From assembly GCA_964016885.1 (NCBI GenBank), contig OZ024741.1:59334001-59398000 (forward strand): a stretch of 64,000 nt of DNA, read 5' to 3'. This document shows positions 12,556 to 26,408 of this stretch, piece after piece. The DNA is from Eledone cirrhosa (taxonomy: Eukaryota). A model generated the notes under the pieces. It was given only the letters and a program-made list of their open reading frames with translations. It ran no database searches and was not told the origin of the DNA. Within the stretch, counting starts at the first letter, position 1. Each line of letters opens with the position of its first letter. A program made the translations under genes and the position numbers.

Positions 12556-12892
12556 TCATCATCATCATTTCATTTTACGTCCACTTTTCCCTGCTTTCAA
12601 GGGTGGGACGGAACTGATTCTGGCTTGATTTCTACAGCTGGATGCCCTTCCTAACACCAACCTCATTTACAGTGAGTGCTGGGTGCTTTTTTCCGTGGTG
12701 CCTACATGTCCAGTTTGCAGTGGAATGATAGGGACCCCAGTCCCTATCATCTCATTTCTACAGCTGAGTAAACTGAAGCAATGTGAAATAAAGTGTCTTG
12801 CTCAAGGAAACAACACATCACCCGGTCTGAGAATTGAACTCACAACCTTTTGATTGTAAAGCCAATGCTCTAACCACTAAGCCATGTGCCCC
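12556..12892 (-). mobile_element. SINE with tRNA head and RTE-like (GAT)n tail
   Basis: Head GGCACATGGCTTAGTGGTTAGAGC..GAGTTCAATTC; the 3' end matches the RTE tail at 63645-63693. Confidence 0.8.
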
Positions 12893-12920
12893 CATACACA
12901 CACACACATATATATATATA

Positions 12921-13190
12921 TGTTGTTTCCTTGAGCAAGACACTTTATTTCACATTGCTCCAGTTTACTCAGCTGTAGAAATGAGATGTTAGGGACTGGG
13001 GTCCCTATCATTCCACTGCAAAGTGGTCGTGGAGGTGCCACGGCAAAAAAGCACCCAGCACTCACTGTAAATGAGGTTGGTGTTAGGAAGGGCATCCAGC
13101 TGTAGAAATCAAGTCAAAATCAGTTCCCGTCCCACCCTTGCAAGCAGGGAAAAAGCGGACGTAAAATGAAATGATGATGAATGATGATGA
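12921..13190 (+). mobile_element. 5'-truncated copy of the same SINE, inverted relative to 12556-12892
   Basis: Reverse complement of 12556-12815. Confidence 0.8.
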
Positions 13191-13252
13191 TATATACATA
13201 TATATATATATATATATACACACACAAATGTATATATATATATGTATATGTA

Positions 13253-13316
<64 letters not shown>

Positions 13317-13319
13317 GTA

Positions 13320-13358
<39 letters not shown>

Positions 13359-13502
13359 ATGGTTATGTCAGGGAAAAGAAAGATTTTAAAAAATATAACG
13401 GGAAATAATTTGCCTCAAGAAAATAGCAGAAAATTGAATTATCTTGTTTTTTAGGAAACACTCACACATGTGTGTGCATGCATGCACACACACACACATA
13501 TG

Positions 13503-13586
<84 letters not shown>

Positions 13587-13632
13587 CATATGTGTGTGTG
13601 TATATATATATGTATATATACATATATATATA

Positions 13633-13667
<35 letters not shown>

Positions 13668-13748
13668 GCATGCATATATGTATATGCACGTATATATATA
13701 CATATACATATATATATATATATACATATGCATATATGTATATGCACG

Positions 13749-13787
<39 letters not shown>

Positions 13788-14009
13788 TAGATAGGCCAAG
13801 ATTACTATTCTGTTTAAATTGATATCTGTGGTGGAGAAACACATGACAGTTTAATAGAATAAATTTGGTGTGGCTTTGATAAAGAACTTATGAGGCTAAA
13901 TTATTTTATTTTATTAACAGACTCTCAAAAGAGTTAAACCAACTAATAAATATCTCAAAATATTTATTTATCTGCAGTATATACATTGTATTTCATATAA
14001 TATACATAT

Positions 14010-14170
14010 ATAGGCATATGCATGGCTGTGTGGTTAAGAAGTTTGCTTTGCAACTATGTGGTACTGGGTTCAGTCTCTGGCCTGGAAGCTCGGGTGCCTT
14101 CTATTCTTGTGCTATAGCCTCAATTTGACCAATACGTTGTAAGTGGAATTCAGTAAACGTAAACTACAAA
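14010..14170 (+). mobile_element. Decayed tRNA-derived SINE
   Basis: TGGCTGTGTGGTTAAGAAGTTTGCTTTGCAAC..GGGTTCAGTC; relatives at ~3960 and ~61140. Confidence 0.6.
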
Positions 14171-15498
14171 AGACCACTGTAAAAAAGAAACAGCGCAACA
14201 TGCATCACAGCTAACCACAAGTTTAAAAACACTAATATGAAAAATCTCCTCATCAACATGAAGCCATAGACAGTTAAAGCACAGAATGTTCTACAGCTGA
14301 CCAATGTTAGCACAAAAGTTGTAAACTTCATTGACTCAAACTGTCCCAAACTTTCCCATTGATTAACTATGCCCTTATAACAAGGAGCTATCACAATATT
14401 TTAATATACAATGTATTATTAACATAAACAATGTAATTAGAACAGACTACATTAGTTGATAACACTATAAATTTATATAGAATTCCACACAAAACAAGAC
14501 AAGTAACTCTGAAAGCTTTACTGATATTAAAATATAAATTAAAATTTAACATACACATACAAAATACATGAAACCAATTATAATAATTGCCATTCTTCAA
14601 TAATTGAGAAATTTTAAATGAAGCATCCATGATTTCCAATTACACCCATGATATTTTGTGATCACTGCTAAGCATTTGACCAATACACCAATAGTATGGT
14701 CATTTTCATTAGATTTAGGAACACTACTGTTCCAAATTAAACATTAAGAATTAATAAGAAAATATGAAAATCCCTTAATAAATATGATCAAACTGGAATA
14801 CAGTTGTGTTTTCAATATAGCATGTTTAAAAGAAAAACTGTTTCCTACTAATACCTATAGATGTGGCCTGGGTGAATTTGTCACCTATATATGTGGCCTG
14901 GATGAATTTGTCCTCTTAGTACCACTATATTGGGTTGGTTTCAATCAGAATTTTATTTAGCTGGGTAATTGTATTTTTTGAGATGTGTATTTAGTTGTTG
15001 GGCAGGATTTTGTAATGGGAAATAATATATACACATACATGATGTACTTTCACATAGTTTCCATCAACCAAATTTCCCACACACACACAACATGGTTTAT
15101 GATTTTGGTCAACCCGAATTTTACTGAAGAATTCTTTGGAGAAAGAAATATTTCTAGACGATTCAATTTCTTTTTCACCCTTTCTGTGGAAAATCTGGTG
15201 ATCAATTTGCATATAATAATGCTCTCTGCAGATAGAAGAGAAGAAATATTGATACGAGAAATTCATTCTTTTCCTTGCCAATGTATTCAAGATGTTAAGA
15301 TTAATTCCTGACAGCTGGTATAAGAAATATCTTGCATCTAGATGCATTCATGAATTGGTAAACACAGAGTGTGTATTTCAATAGCGAAATACGCAAATAG
15401 GTAAATACGTAGGTAGAAATCACTGAAGAAAATAAATCAGAATAAATGTCTATCTTCTCTGCACATGTACGAATATTTATCATTATGTATGTATATCT

Positions 15499-15499
<1 letters not shown>

Positions 15500-15563
<64 letters not shown>

Positions 15564-15793
15564 TATATTTATATACAATATATATATATATTTATATACA
15601 ATATATATATATATATTTATATACAATATATATATATATTTATATACAATATATATATATATTTATATACAATATATATATATATATTTATATACAATAT
15701 ATATATATATATTTATATACAATATATATATATATATTTATATACAATATATATATATATATTTATATACAATATATATATATATATTTATAT

Positions 15794-15830
<37 letters not shown>
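15500..15830. repeat. (TA)n-derived minisatellite, unit TATATATTTATATACAATA(TA)n
   Basis: About ten repeats of TTTATATACAA separated by TA runs. Confidence 0.9.
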
Positions 15831-15833
<3 letters not shown>

Positions 15834-17379
15834 GACACATACACACACACATATATATATATACATACACACACAATTACAATGTATATATGTACACATA
15901 TACACCCACATATACATACATAAATTCATTTGTACATTTATTATTATAGCAGGGAGTTTGAATGTTAAATGATGATGATGATGATGATGTTAATATATAT
16001 ATATATATATACGCTCACTGACATATACACACACTAAATTCATTGATGCATTAATAGTGGAACATATAAATACATGTGTCGATAATAACCAATGTACACA
16101 AGACCTGTATTATATCATATTTTTCCCAATTTTATTGTATTGATTGATCAGTATGTTATTGCATGTGTGTGTATGTATATACATATATATATGTAAATAC
16201 ACACATGTATATAAATATATATATAAATACACACATGTATATAAATATATATATATATTAATATACATATATAAATATTTATATATATTAACACACACAC
16301 ACACACACATATGTATATAAATATAGATATATATATACACACACACACATATATATATATTAATATAGGCTAGCATGGAAAATGGACGTTAAACGATGAT
16401 GATAATGATGACATATATATATATATATAAATACACACACATCAGGGAAAGCAGGCATTAAAATGCTGATCATGATGATGAGGGTGATATATATGTAGCA
16501 AAACTATCATGTAGCAAATCTGCGGATATGAAATGTAGACCACTAAATTAGCTATAATGTCATAACTACCATGAAACCTACAAGTATTTAAGTCAACTGA
16601 AGCTGGCTTCACTTACTCTTATTCTCGCTCTGCTGGCCACTGAGGCAGTTGACTACCAATGCCTGGCTGTAGTAGTGACTGATTATTAAAGGACTGCTGC
16701 AGCTGGGCCAGTAAATCTGCCATGCTCAAAGCCATATCTTACCTCAACCAGCACATATCCATATCCACACATTCACTCACAAATTGCAATATATAACAAC
16801 AAAAGGCTTTTATCTGTGAACACTACATCTAGGAACCTGTTGACAAAACACTCTGTTATACCAAATTTTTTACATATTCTCAGACCTGTCACCTTTCTCC
16901 ATCTGATGGGAAGATCTCCTACCCACTTTGACGGGAGTGAGAGATGTCTTCTCTTGTGAAATTGGGTATAGCTTTCATTATGCAACATCTCCCCATTTTG
17001 GCTCATTTCCCCCCATTTTGGAGCACTTTTTTCATGGTATTCCCGGTTTGGGAAAATATACAATTAATAGTTTTGGTTCCATTGTTGGTCTGTCTCAATT
17101 CTTTGGTGGCCCAGAAAACTTTTAAACCACACCAAACAACTCATGCTAGACACAATAAAACATCGACCAACATTTTACCAACTGTAACAACCATAACATT
17201 TCAACCATAGTGAACTACCACATATCATATTAATATGGTAACTACCAAACATTCCTTCTATTAACACTACAAAAAATTACTGTTAAAATGGTGATCCCAC
17301 ATAATCTATAAAATGCTAACGACCAACACCACAAACTTTTCTGATATATATATGGTGTCATGATATATATATGGTGTCA

Positions 17380-17640
17380 TGACAAAAAGCACCCAGTCCA
17401 TACTGTAAAGTGGTCATGTAGAAGTCACAATTAAAAGGGCCCAGTCCACACTGTAAAGTGGTCATCTAAGTGGCATGACAAAAAGCACTCAGTACACACT
17501 GTAAATGTAATTGGCATTAGAAAGGGAAACCAAGTCAAAATCAGTTCTGTGTGAGCAAAACACAGTCCTCTTACCTGACCTGTCTCAATGGGACAGCTCA
17601 TTTAACCCATGTTAACATGGAAAATGGTCATTAAACAATG
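17380..17640 (+). mobile_element. Decayed SINE 3' region
   Basis: Tandem AAAAGCACCCAGTCCACACTGTAAAGTGG units and AACCCATG..CATGGAAAATGG..TTAAAC tail. Confidence 0.6.
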
Positions 17641-17692
17641 ATAATTATATATATATATATTAAGTTAGATGTGATGCAGTTTGGATTTTATT

Positions 17693-17850
17693 GATGCCCT
17701 CTTTCTGGGGAGACAACTACAGGAGAAGCACTTAGTTAAGAGTAAGTCACTGTATCTAGCATTTGTAGATCTGGAGAAGGCCTTTGAGCATCACATGCTC
17801 TATAATCTGCTGGGCACTTAGGAAGCTAGGTGTAGAGGAATAGCTTATGA
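17693..17850 (+). mobile_element. RTE RT fragment
   Basis: LQEKHLVKSKSLYLAFVDLEKAF; same family as 62908-63693. Confidence 0.75.
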
Positions 17851-18060
17851 AATCATCACAAATGATGATTTTATACGAATGAAACAGTTTTAGTCCTGTA
17901 GAAGTCATTTCTATATAAAATAAAGATGCTATAATCTACCAACAAATTGAGTACCTTTTTTAACTGGGGTCAACCCCTGATACTTATCGGAAATCCACAC
18001 ATAATTCTATATACCTATATATATATGCACATATACATACATACTCACACACCACACACA

Positions 18061-18097
<37 letters not shown>

Positions 18098-19021
18098 TTT
18101 GAGAATAAACTCTCAGTCGTTTACAATAATTAAGCTCCAGGAAGGGGCTCTTCCGAGCAGTTAATACATTTAAAGTATATGATAAACACGAAATGTGTTT
18201 ACATTGCAACTGACAAAGTTAGCTATTAATGAAATAAACTAATAAAAGTGAATACAATTTGTCTGTCTCGATACAAGTCAATAAAGACAAGATTATATTG
18301 GCAACGGCCATGATTCCTGGACATATTTAAATTTCAAAATTCAAACCTGTTCTGTAGACGAATTTGAACCTCGAAACCCAAATAAGTTTCGCAACGGTGG
18401 AATGTGAATTGAAAAATAAAGAGAATCGAAATGGAATAGAAATAAAAGAGTGAAATGTCCAAATCTTCTGTGCTTATCAACAGGAATCCAGTAAGATTAG
18501 TCTATCTCACATCAAAAATTTTGCAGGTCTGACTACACGTGGGTAGGCAGGCCAAAACTAGCTATCCCACATTCACGGTGCTAGAAATAACAGCCGCTTA
18601 TGCAGGATTAAGGATCAGCTCTTACAATAAAGGAGCTATACATTATATTATATTTTGAGAATAGACTCTCAGTCGTTTACAATAATTAAGCTCCAAGAAG
18701 AAATTTGTTTATGTATGGACATCAATAAATAATAGGAGTATGAAAAGAAGGGGCTCAACAATATTTCTATGAACAATGCACATAGACAGCTAAACTGTAC
18801 TTTCAACTTCTTATTTTTCTCCAAATAAAACAAGTTTCCTGTCGGTATATTTTCGTGAGTTTTTAACAGGCACTCACAAATAAACGTTTCTTATTGGAGG
18901 TGATATTACCAATGTTCTTACCTATGCAACGCCGGGATACACTGCTAGTATAATATAATACAATATAATATAATATTATATTATATATGATATAATACAA
19001 TATTATATATGATATAATACA

Positions 19022-19084
<63 letters not shown>

Positions 19085-19119
19085 CACGTGAATCAAAGTT
19101 CTGTTCAAACCATTTACTA

Positions 19120-19164
19120 GCTTACAATTGTTTCGTCCAAACCGAGGTTTGGAGTCTTCGGAGC
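19120..19164 (-). ncRNA. Hammerhead ribozyme variant (inverted pLTR copy)
   Basis: Reverse complement of 22305-22349. Confidence 0.75.
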
Positions 19165-22100
19165 AATTTTTCAATGATTGATTACATACATGACCTCCTT
19201 TCCAACACAAGAGACATACAGATACATATGTATATGTCGATGCACAGTGGGGTGACATTCATTATAATATTTTTGCATGGCAATTTAAATTCAAAAATTA
19301 AAATCATATTAAAACAAAATTAAAGTTAAAATACAACATCGGCAGTTTACGAGGATAATGCAAGAGGATAGTTTGTTAGTCAGTTGAAGTAGTTAGTGCA
19401 TGCAATAGATACTTAGGTTATAGTTTTTGAAAGTCTTGTGCAATAGTTTTCTAGTTCTTTCTATATTGAATTTTTTATAGTCTATAAGTAGAAGTGCATC
19501 ATCGCGGTACAAACCACCGTTGTACCTAAGTATCACCATAGACAAAAACACTAAAAACGTTAACTTCCTAGACGCCACCCTCTACCTAGACTCAGAGATA
19601 TATACACCTTTCCATAAACCTAACGAAAAACTGATTTACGTAGATACCAAGTCTAACCACCCTAGATCAATATTAAACTCTATCTCTAAGGGAGTATCCA
19701 ATAGAATCTTTAATCTATCCTATGACGTAAACATATTTAGCAAAAACTCGCAATATTATAATCAGGCATTAGCTAGATCAGGCCATAATAAGGAGATCGA
19801 GTTCCTACCTATAAAAACACATAGCTACAACATTATTTCGCACAATATGTCCATGAGGAAAATTAGTAATAAGAATAGTAACCACACACACACTAATACG
19901 AAGGATGCCAACAAACGTAACCCACACCACAGAAGTTACCATAGTACCATAAACGGAAACAACTCACCAGACATAAAAAACAAAAATAGAAGAAATAATA
20001 CATTTTCAACCCTCCTTTCAATCTAAACGTCTCTACCAACCTACCTAAGGCTTTCTTCTCACTCCTAGATAAAAACTTCCCATAGTACCATAGTACCATA
20101 GCCTTTTAAACAAAAACACAATTAAAATCTCCTACTCTACCACGCCTAACATAGCATACCACATAGCTAGTAGCAATAAAAGAAAAATTAATTCTTACTT
20201 CCAACAAACTAAATCACAACAGGGGGTAAACCTTCAAAATAACATTATATCAACTAACCCTGATAACAATAGTAATAATAGCAATAGCACTAGTGTAAGC
20301 AATAACGCTGGGAACGACAACCCCCATAACCATAATCCTACAGCTACCATCCAGATTTCTACACAACATAATAACCGGCAGGCTAACATCCAAAATAATT
20401 GTAACTGTAGATCTAATAGAACCTGCCCTTTAGATAAAAATGCTTAATCAAGGATATCATATACTCATGCACCGTCACAACTAGCAACTTTTCTGAAACC
20501 TATATAGGCTCTACTTCAAACTGCTTAAAAACCAGATACAATTCGCACCTCCATTCTTTCAAAAAATACAGTCTAGCCAACTCCACTTCACTATCTAGCT
20601 ACATACACTATCTAAAAACTAAAAATAGATCTTATACACTTAAATGGGAAGTGATAGGTAAGGCGACATCGTACAAACCACCTAATAAATTTTGTAACCT
20701 CTGTCTACTCGAGACCCATAATATTATCTTCGCAAACCTTAACCTCCTTAATAAAAAATCAGAAGTGTTCGCGTCATGCCAGCACCGCTTCCGACACTCC
20801 TTCCAAAACTTTAAACCCAATATATAGCAATGTCAGGCTTGAACCCATCACCACTTCTAGCAACACACCTCAAGGGCACACCTTACACCGCAACTCCGCA
20901 CTCAATGATCCACCCTATCTTAACACAATTCGTGACATCTATCTAAAACCTTTTACCCTAGAAATATCCCCATATACACCTACTTTTACTATAATTACCT
21001 TCAATTACTTAGACTACATTATATCACTATATAATTATATGTAAACTTTAAACACTGAATTATTTGTGCAAATGTTGTTGTATGTATGGAGTGCTATCAT
21101 TAGATAAATAGAAGATTAATTTATTAACATAAAAGAGCTATATAACCTATATGTTGAGTACAATGAATTATGTACAAATGGTATATGAGTTATACATACA
21201 TGTATAACTTGATAGACAGATTAATGACATTGTAAGTGAGAATTGCTCTTTGGTCTACCCTAGAGATATTTAACTTTGCCATGCAATCAGCCATGCGCTG
21301 ACCCAGAGCTTTCCAGGGGTTATATATAAACGTGGTTCTAATAAGACCCTGTCAGGTTCTGTGAGTAGACTACATTTACAGTGAACATTGATATGGAGAT
21401 CTGACTCTTCGTATGGAATATTCAGTTGTAGCACTCTATGATAGGGAGTAGTCATCCTAATATAGATACCTTTAGTACTTCTTGATAGAGTAGACTGTAA
21501 TTTAAAGATAGGATACTTAAATTTGGAAACTGTATATAACCATATATATAAGGGACTCAATTGAGACACCTTTTAATGTACATTGGAATAATAAATTTAG
21601 TTATAGAAATCAGCTAGTTACCTCCCCTCACGCATTAACTCCCCTTAATCACACACATACTTCCGGAAAATAAAACGATGTAAATTCTCGCAACAAAAAC
21701 AACCTGCTCTATAAAATTGGATTAAAGAACACTGAGTCGCAACAAGCTGTGATAATTTAACTTAATACATCAAACATCCAATACTGAATAATCGTTAATT
21801 ATGTGAAGGACATATAAACTATATATTACGTTTCCTGGATTGCGAAAATGGTGGTGTATACAAAAACCATAACATTCTTTTGCTTCTCATTTATAATATT
21901 TCTCTGCACACAAGCTTCTTTAACATACACAAAACATTCTTTACCACTACAACCTCCATAATACTCTTGATTACCCGCTTAAAGTGCTTGTATTGCATAT
22001 AACACCTTGCCGCACAATAATCTTATATAAATAAGACACACGTGCATGCCCCACGTGTAACTATTGCATACACTAACTACTTCAACTGACTAACAAACTA

Positions 22101-22304
22101 TCCTCTTGCATTATCTTCGTAAACTGCCGATGTTGTATTTTAACTTTAATTTTGTTTTAATATGATTTTAATTTTTGAATTTAAATTGCCATGCAAAAAT
22201 ATTATAATGGATGTCACCCCACAGTGCATCGATATATACATATGTATCTGTATGTCTCTTGTGTTGGAAAGGCGGTCATGTATGTAATCAATCATTGAAA
22301 AATT

Positions 22305-22349
22305 GCTCCGAAGACTCCAAACCTCGGTTTGGACGAAACAATTGTAAGC
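22305..22349 (+). ncRNA. Hammerhead ribozyme variant in 3' pLTR
   Basis: gct CCGAAGA c tccaaac ctcg gtttgga c GAAA caattg TA agc. Confidence 0.78.
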
Positions 22350-22550
22350 TAATAAATGGTTTGAACAGAACTTTGATTCATGTGATTTCTATATAACTGC
22401 TCTGTAGAACAACTGATGTTATTACATTGAGCTATTTATCTTACTGGTAATAAGGTAGTAATAAATTACTATCTTTCACTGTTTAGGGTTTAAAATATAT
22501 ATAACTATAAAAAGTTTTAGTATATACATAACCATAAATAGTATCCTTAA

Positions 22551-22611
<61 letters not shown>

Positions 22612-23514
22612 TGGTGTTCTTTTATATTATTTTCACTCTGAATTTACTTGTTTCCCCATATTCACAATTACCTATGAACTTTATTATGAATATCAATTTG
22701 TATTTTTCGCATTTTAAAATGGAAACTTGCACTTTTGCAGTGCAGTTAATTACATCACACAGCACACCGATGTGCTGCGGTGCACTGTTTTGGAACCACT
22801 GATCTTGTGTAATTTTCTCTTTTAATTCATTATTGAAAATTCTTCGATATTTTAATGTAATGAAAATGCGTCACTCGATACATGAAACAGTTCTGTTAAC
22901 TTTAATTATTGATCTCTCAAAGATTTACTTCACAATCTTTATATACATTGGTATTTTTGTTGTGGTTGTTGTTGTTGTTGTTATAATTATTGTTTTTGTC
23001 ATTGTAATTATTGTTGTTGTTTCTTCTCAGTTTGCTTTCAGCAGAATTTCCATTACATATAAGCTATTACTTATTAAATATTACACCATTTATTGTTTTA
23101 CCTCCTTCAAATATAACAGCAAAAGCTTAATTATTTCTTATTAAGAAATCTAATAAACCACATCCGGAACGAATAAATAATATGTCGCCACATCCGTTTT
23201 GAAAATTAATTGCATATTAGTTTTGTTGTTTGATTTCCGTTTTCTATTAACAACATTAGTATCACTGATGCACAAATAATTGCAGCAATATATGTGAAAA
23301 TAATTTAGGATTTACTGCCTCTTTATTTAGATCTATTTCTGCAAAAATCGAAATATATGTGACAGCTTGATCGTATAATAATCTAAATTATTATAACGGA
23401 GGCAATTTATTTTCCTCTCAATAGCAAGCAGTTTAGTCCTCGTTTTCCTAGTAAATAATCAGAAAGTATTTAATATTGCACTGTAAATAAATTACAGTAT
23501 TTCAAAGCACTGTA

Positions 23515-23874
23515 TCATCATCATCATCATCACCGTTTTACGTCCGTTCTTCCACGCTAGCATGGGTTAGACGGGTTGTCCTGTTGTGGGCAGTGTCTGG
23601 TCGGCTGACCATGTTTTGCTCATACAGGAACTGATTTGGCTTGATTTCTACAGCTGGATGCACTTCCTAACACCAACCTCATTTACAGTGAGTGCTGGGT
23701 GCTTTTTCGTGGCGCCTACACGTCCATTTTACAGTGTGGGCTGGGTGCTTTTTTGCCGTGGCACCTCCACGACCACCTTGCGGTGGGGAGGGCGGGGGGG
23801 CATATTGTCTATATGCTTCAGCTTGTACCCATGGGAGGTCGGGTGCTCTGTATTACTGCGTGACGCCAGCTCTG

Positions 23875-23928
<54 letters not shown>

Positions 23929-24051
23929 TGTATATGTGTGTGTGTGTATAAATATATATATATATATATATGTCTCCCAACCGGAACAAAACCGTCTAAC
24001 CCATGCTAGCATGGAAGATGGACATTAAACGATGATGATGATGATGATGAT
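23515..24051. mobile_element. SINE 3' region (-) with an inverted copy of its 3' tip (+)
   Basis: (CAT)n..CCACGCTAGCATGGGTTAGACGG at 23515-23574 is mirrored at 23992-24051. Confidence 0.65.
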
Positions 24052-24169
24052 ATGTATGTATATATATATATATATCTAGATATATATATGTATGTATATA
24101 TATATATATATACATATATATACATATTTTTTTTTTTTTTTTTTTTTTTGCTCTACATGGCTGAATACA

Positions 24170-24326
24170 ATAAATGTAATCTGAGTTTTTCGAATATTAA
24201 TAATAACATTCGATTCGTTTGCAATTATACAAAAAAGCCTCATTTTTATAGCCACGAGGCTTGTTTATATAATTGCAAACGAATCAAATGTTATTATTAA
24301 TAATCGAAAAACTCAGATTACATTTA
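24170..24326. repeat. Foldback insert (~70-bp arms)
   Basis: ATAAATGTAATCTGAGTTTTTCGA..AAGCCTC / GAGGCTT..TCGAAAAACTCAGATTACATTTAT. Confidence 0.8.
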
Positions 24327-25574
24327 TATATATATATATTAAAATACAAGTAAAATAGAAGCGATTCTTTGTTTAATCTGTTATTTTAATAAATATTTGC
24401 TCTAGGGTTCTTATATATTTGATATATATTTATCCTTATCGAGCCGTCTTTGGATTTTAGTCTTCACATTTATTATTATTACTATATATATATGTAGCGC
24501 TCTCTAGACAAGGAAGTAGCTAGAGTTACTTCCCGTCGAAAGTCTAGGACCCTCTTTGTAACTTCCGGAAATAGGATATAAATAGCGGCAACGCAGTCAA
24601 GCTCTCTATCTTTTTGGCGCCTTCCTTCGAACTGACAACACTGAAGACACCCAAACATTTTACAGTGGCTGTCAATGGTCGAAAAGAGACAATATCCATT
24701 GACAGAGCAAAAAAGGCTTTCTCCGAAAGTCTCGTCACACTGGCTGATACACCTCGTACATACACTCCTACACGAACACTTTCACCTCCACCGCAAACAC
24801 CTTTTGTACCTTTTGTTTCGCTCCTCATGTTCTCGCTACAATGATTTCATTTGGTCATTCGACTTCTCGTCTGAGAAGGGAGTCTTGTAGCGCTCTCTAG
24901 ACAAGGAAGTAGCTCGAGTTACTTCTCGTCGAAAGTCTAGAACCCTCTTTGTAACTTCCGGAAAAAGGATATAAATAGCGGCAACGCAGTCAAGCTCTCT
25001 CTCTCTTTTGGCGCCTTCCTTCGAACTGACAACACTGAAGACAAGCATGTTAACTTTTCTCTGACCACCTATCATGGATCTGGATTATACATAATTATGT
25101 ACAAGAATATTTGTTTACAACAATTATAACATGGAACTACAATAAAATGAAGACTTATATTTGATATTCGTTCCGAGAAACTGCTTACGTTTTATCATTA
25201 CCTTTGTAATGGGAATTAACTCTCATTCGACATGGTGTTATGTAAAAATATCTTATCCTTTTCTTTATAAAATGTAGTAGTTAGATTCCGGTGACATTTA
25301 CTCGAGTAAGTAACCCTGTGTGTGGCAGAACACTAAAATGGTGACCCGACGTAAAGAAACACCAACAAAAAAAAATGATAATTTCCGGATACGCATAAAG
25401 AAAAACATTTTTTTTGCATCTCGTGTCTTCGTTTTCAACAAAGCCTTCTTTTTTTATTCGCCATTTTGCTTCCTCCGTGTTACATCACTTCAACTATTCA
25501 TGTTACCACCACGTGTGTATATATTTTTGAAAATACAACTAATTTTTTTCAAATGTGTTGTCATTGGCTGATTC

Positions 25575-26408
25575 ATGGAAGTTAAACCACATGTCCGGCA
25601 GTTAAAAAAAGAAAACATTTCACCCGGCGGCTACTACATTCATGATGAGCAATTCTTCGCTACCGACGTATTCAGGTGATGCAGAGTTGTGGTTTGCACA
25701 ACTAGATTCATATTTTGTTGCACATGGCGTCCAAGCGGCACAACAAAGGTTACACGTGCTCATAAGTGGAATCCCTGCCTCGCTCGCCGTGTCAGTAAAG
25801 GATATCATAACAGATCCCCCACAAGGCGTCACTTACGAGATCCTTAAGGCAGAAGTGCTCAGACGGAACAGCCGTTCGTCTGAGAGCAAATTTCGTTCCT
25901 TGTTGGAGGAGTAAAACCTGGGAGATAGAACCCGTCCCAGTTTTTACGGCGCATCCGGGAACTGAGCGACTCAACAGCAGAGGACAACTCTTTCGTAAAA
26001 CAATTCTTCTTCTCCCTTTTGCCAACAAATGTGCAGACCATACTGGCAAATATAGTCGACACCAATTCTCTGGACCAAATTGCAGCCTCAGCGGGCCGCA
26101 TAATGGAATTTTCTCGAGTACCTACTTCGGCAGATCCACACATTGCTTCTTCTACTTTTAAAGCACAGCCTGATCCACCTCGTGAGGACTCTATATTGAG
26201 AGCCATTGACGCGCTAACTCGTCAAGTGACTAAACTGTGTCGGGAACGAACACATTCCAGATGGCGTCCACGAAGACGTTCTCCTTCTTTTCATCATCGC
26301 GCCAAAACCCCCGCCAACAACTCGTCTTTATGTTGGTATCACGTGCGTTTTCGTGAAAAGGCGAATCATTGTATTCAACCCTGCTCTTTCGGGACTTCGG
26401 AAAACTAA
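25575..26408 (+). pseudogene. gag: gag (stop and frameshift) with CHCC knuckle
   Basis: LPTYSGDAELWFAQLDSYF; CWYHVRFREKANHCIQPC. Confidence 0.85.

Larger units (their letters stand above)
19079..22395 (+). mobile_element. Penelope-like element with inverted 5' pLTR copy
   Basis: VNFLDATL..FHKPN..SNHP; CNCRSNRTCPL; IIYSC..TYIGST..RYNSH (GIY-YIG); CNLCL..CQH; 19079-19407 is the reverse complement of 22061-22395. Confidence 0.92.

Noticed and set aside
14991-15445. Possible host exon (118-aa minus ORF, pyrimidine tract plus AG at ~15423)
   Set aside because: No recognisable domain; all three frames after the acceptor hit stop codons; cannot be supported without RNA data.
16490-17330. Possible DNA transposon remnant or short ORFs
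   Set aside because: No identifiable termini or protein motifs.
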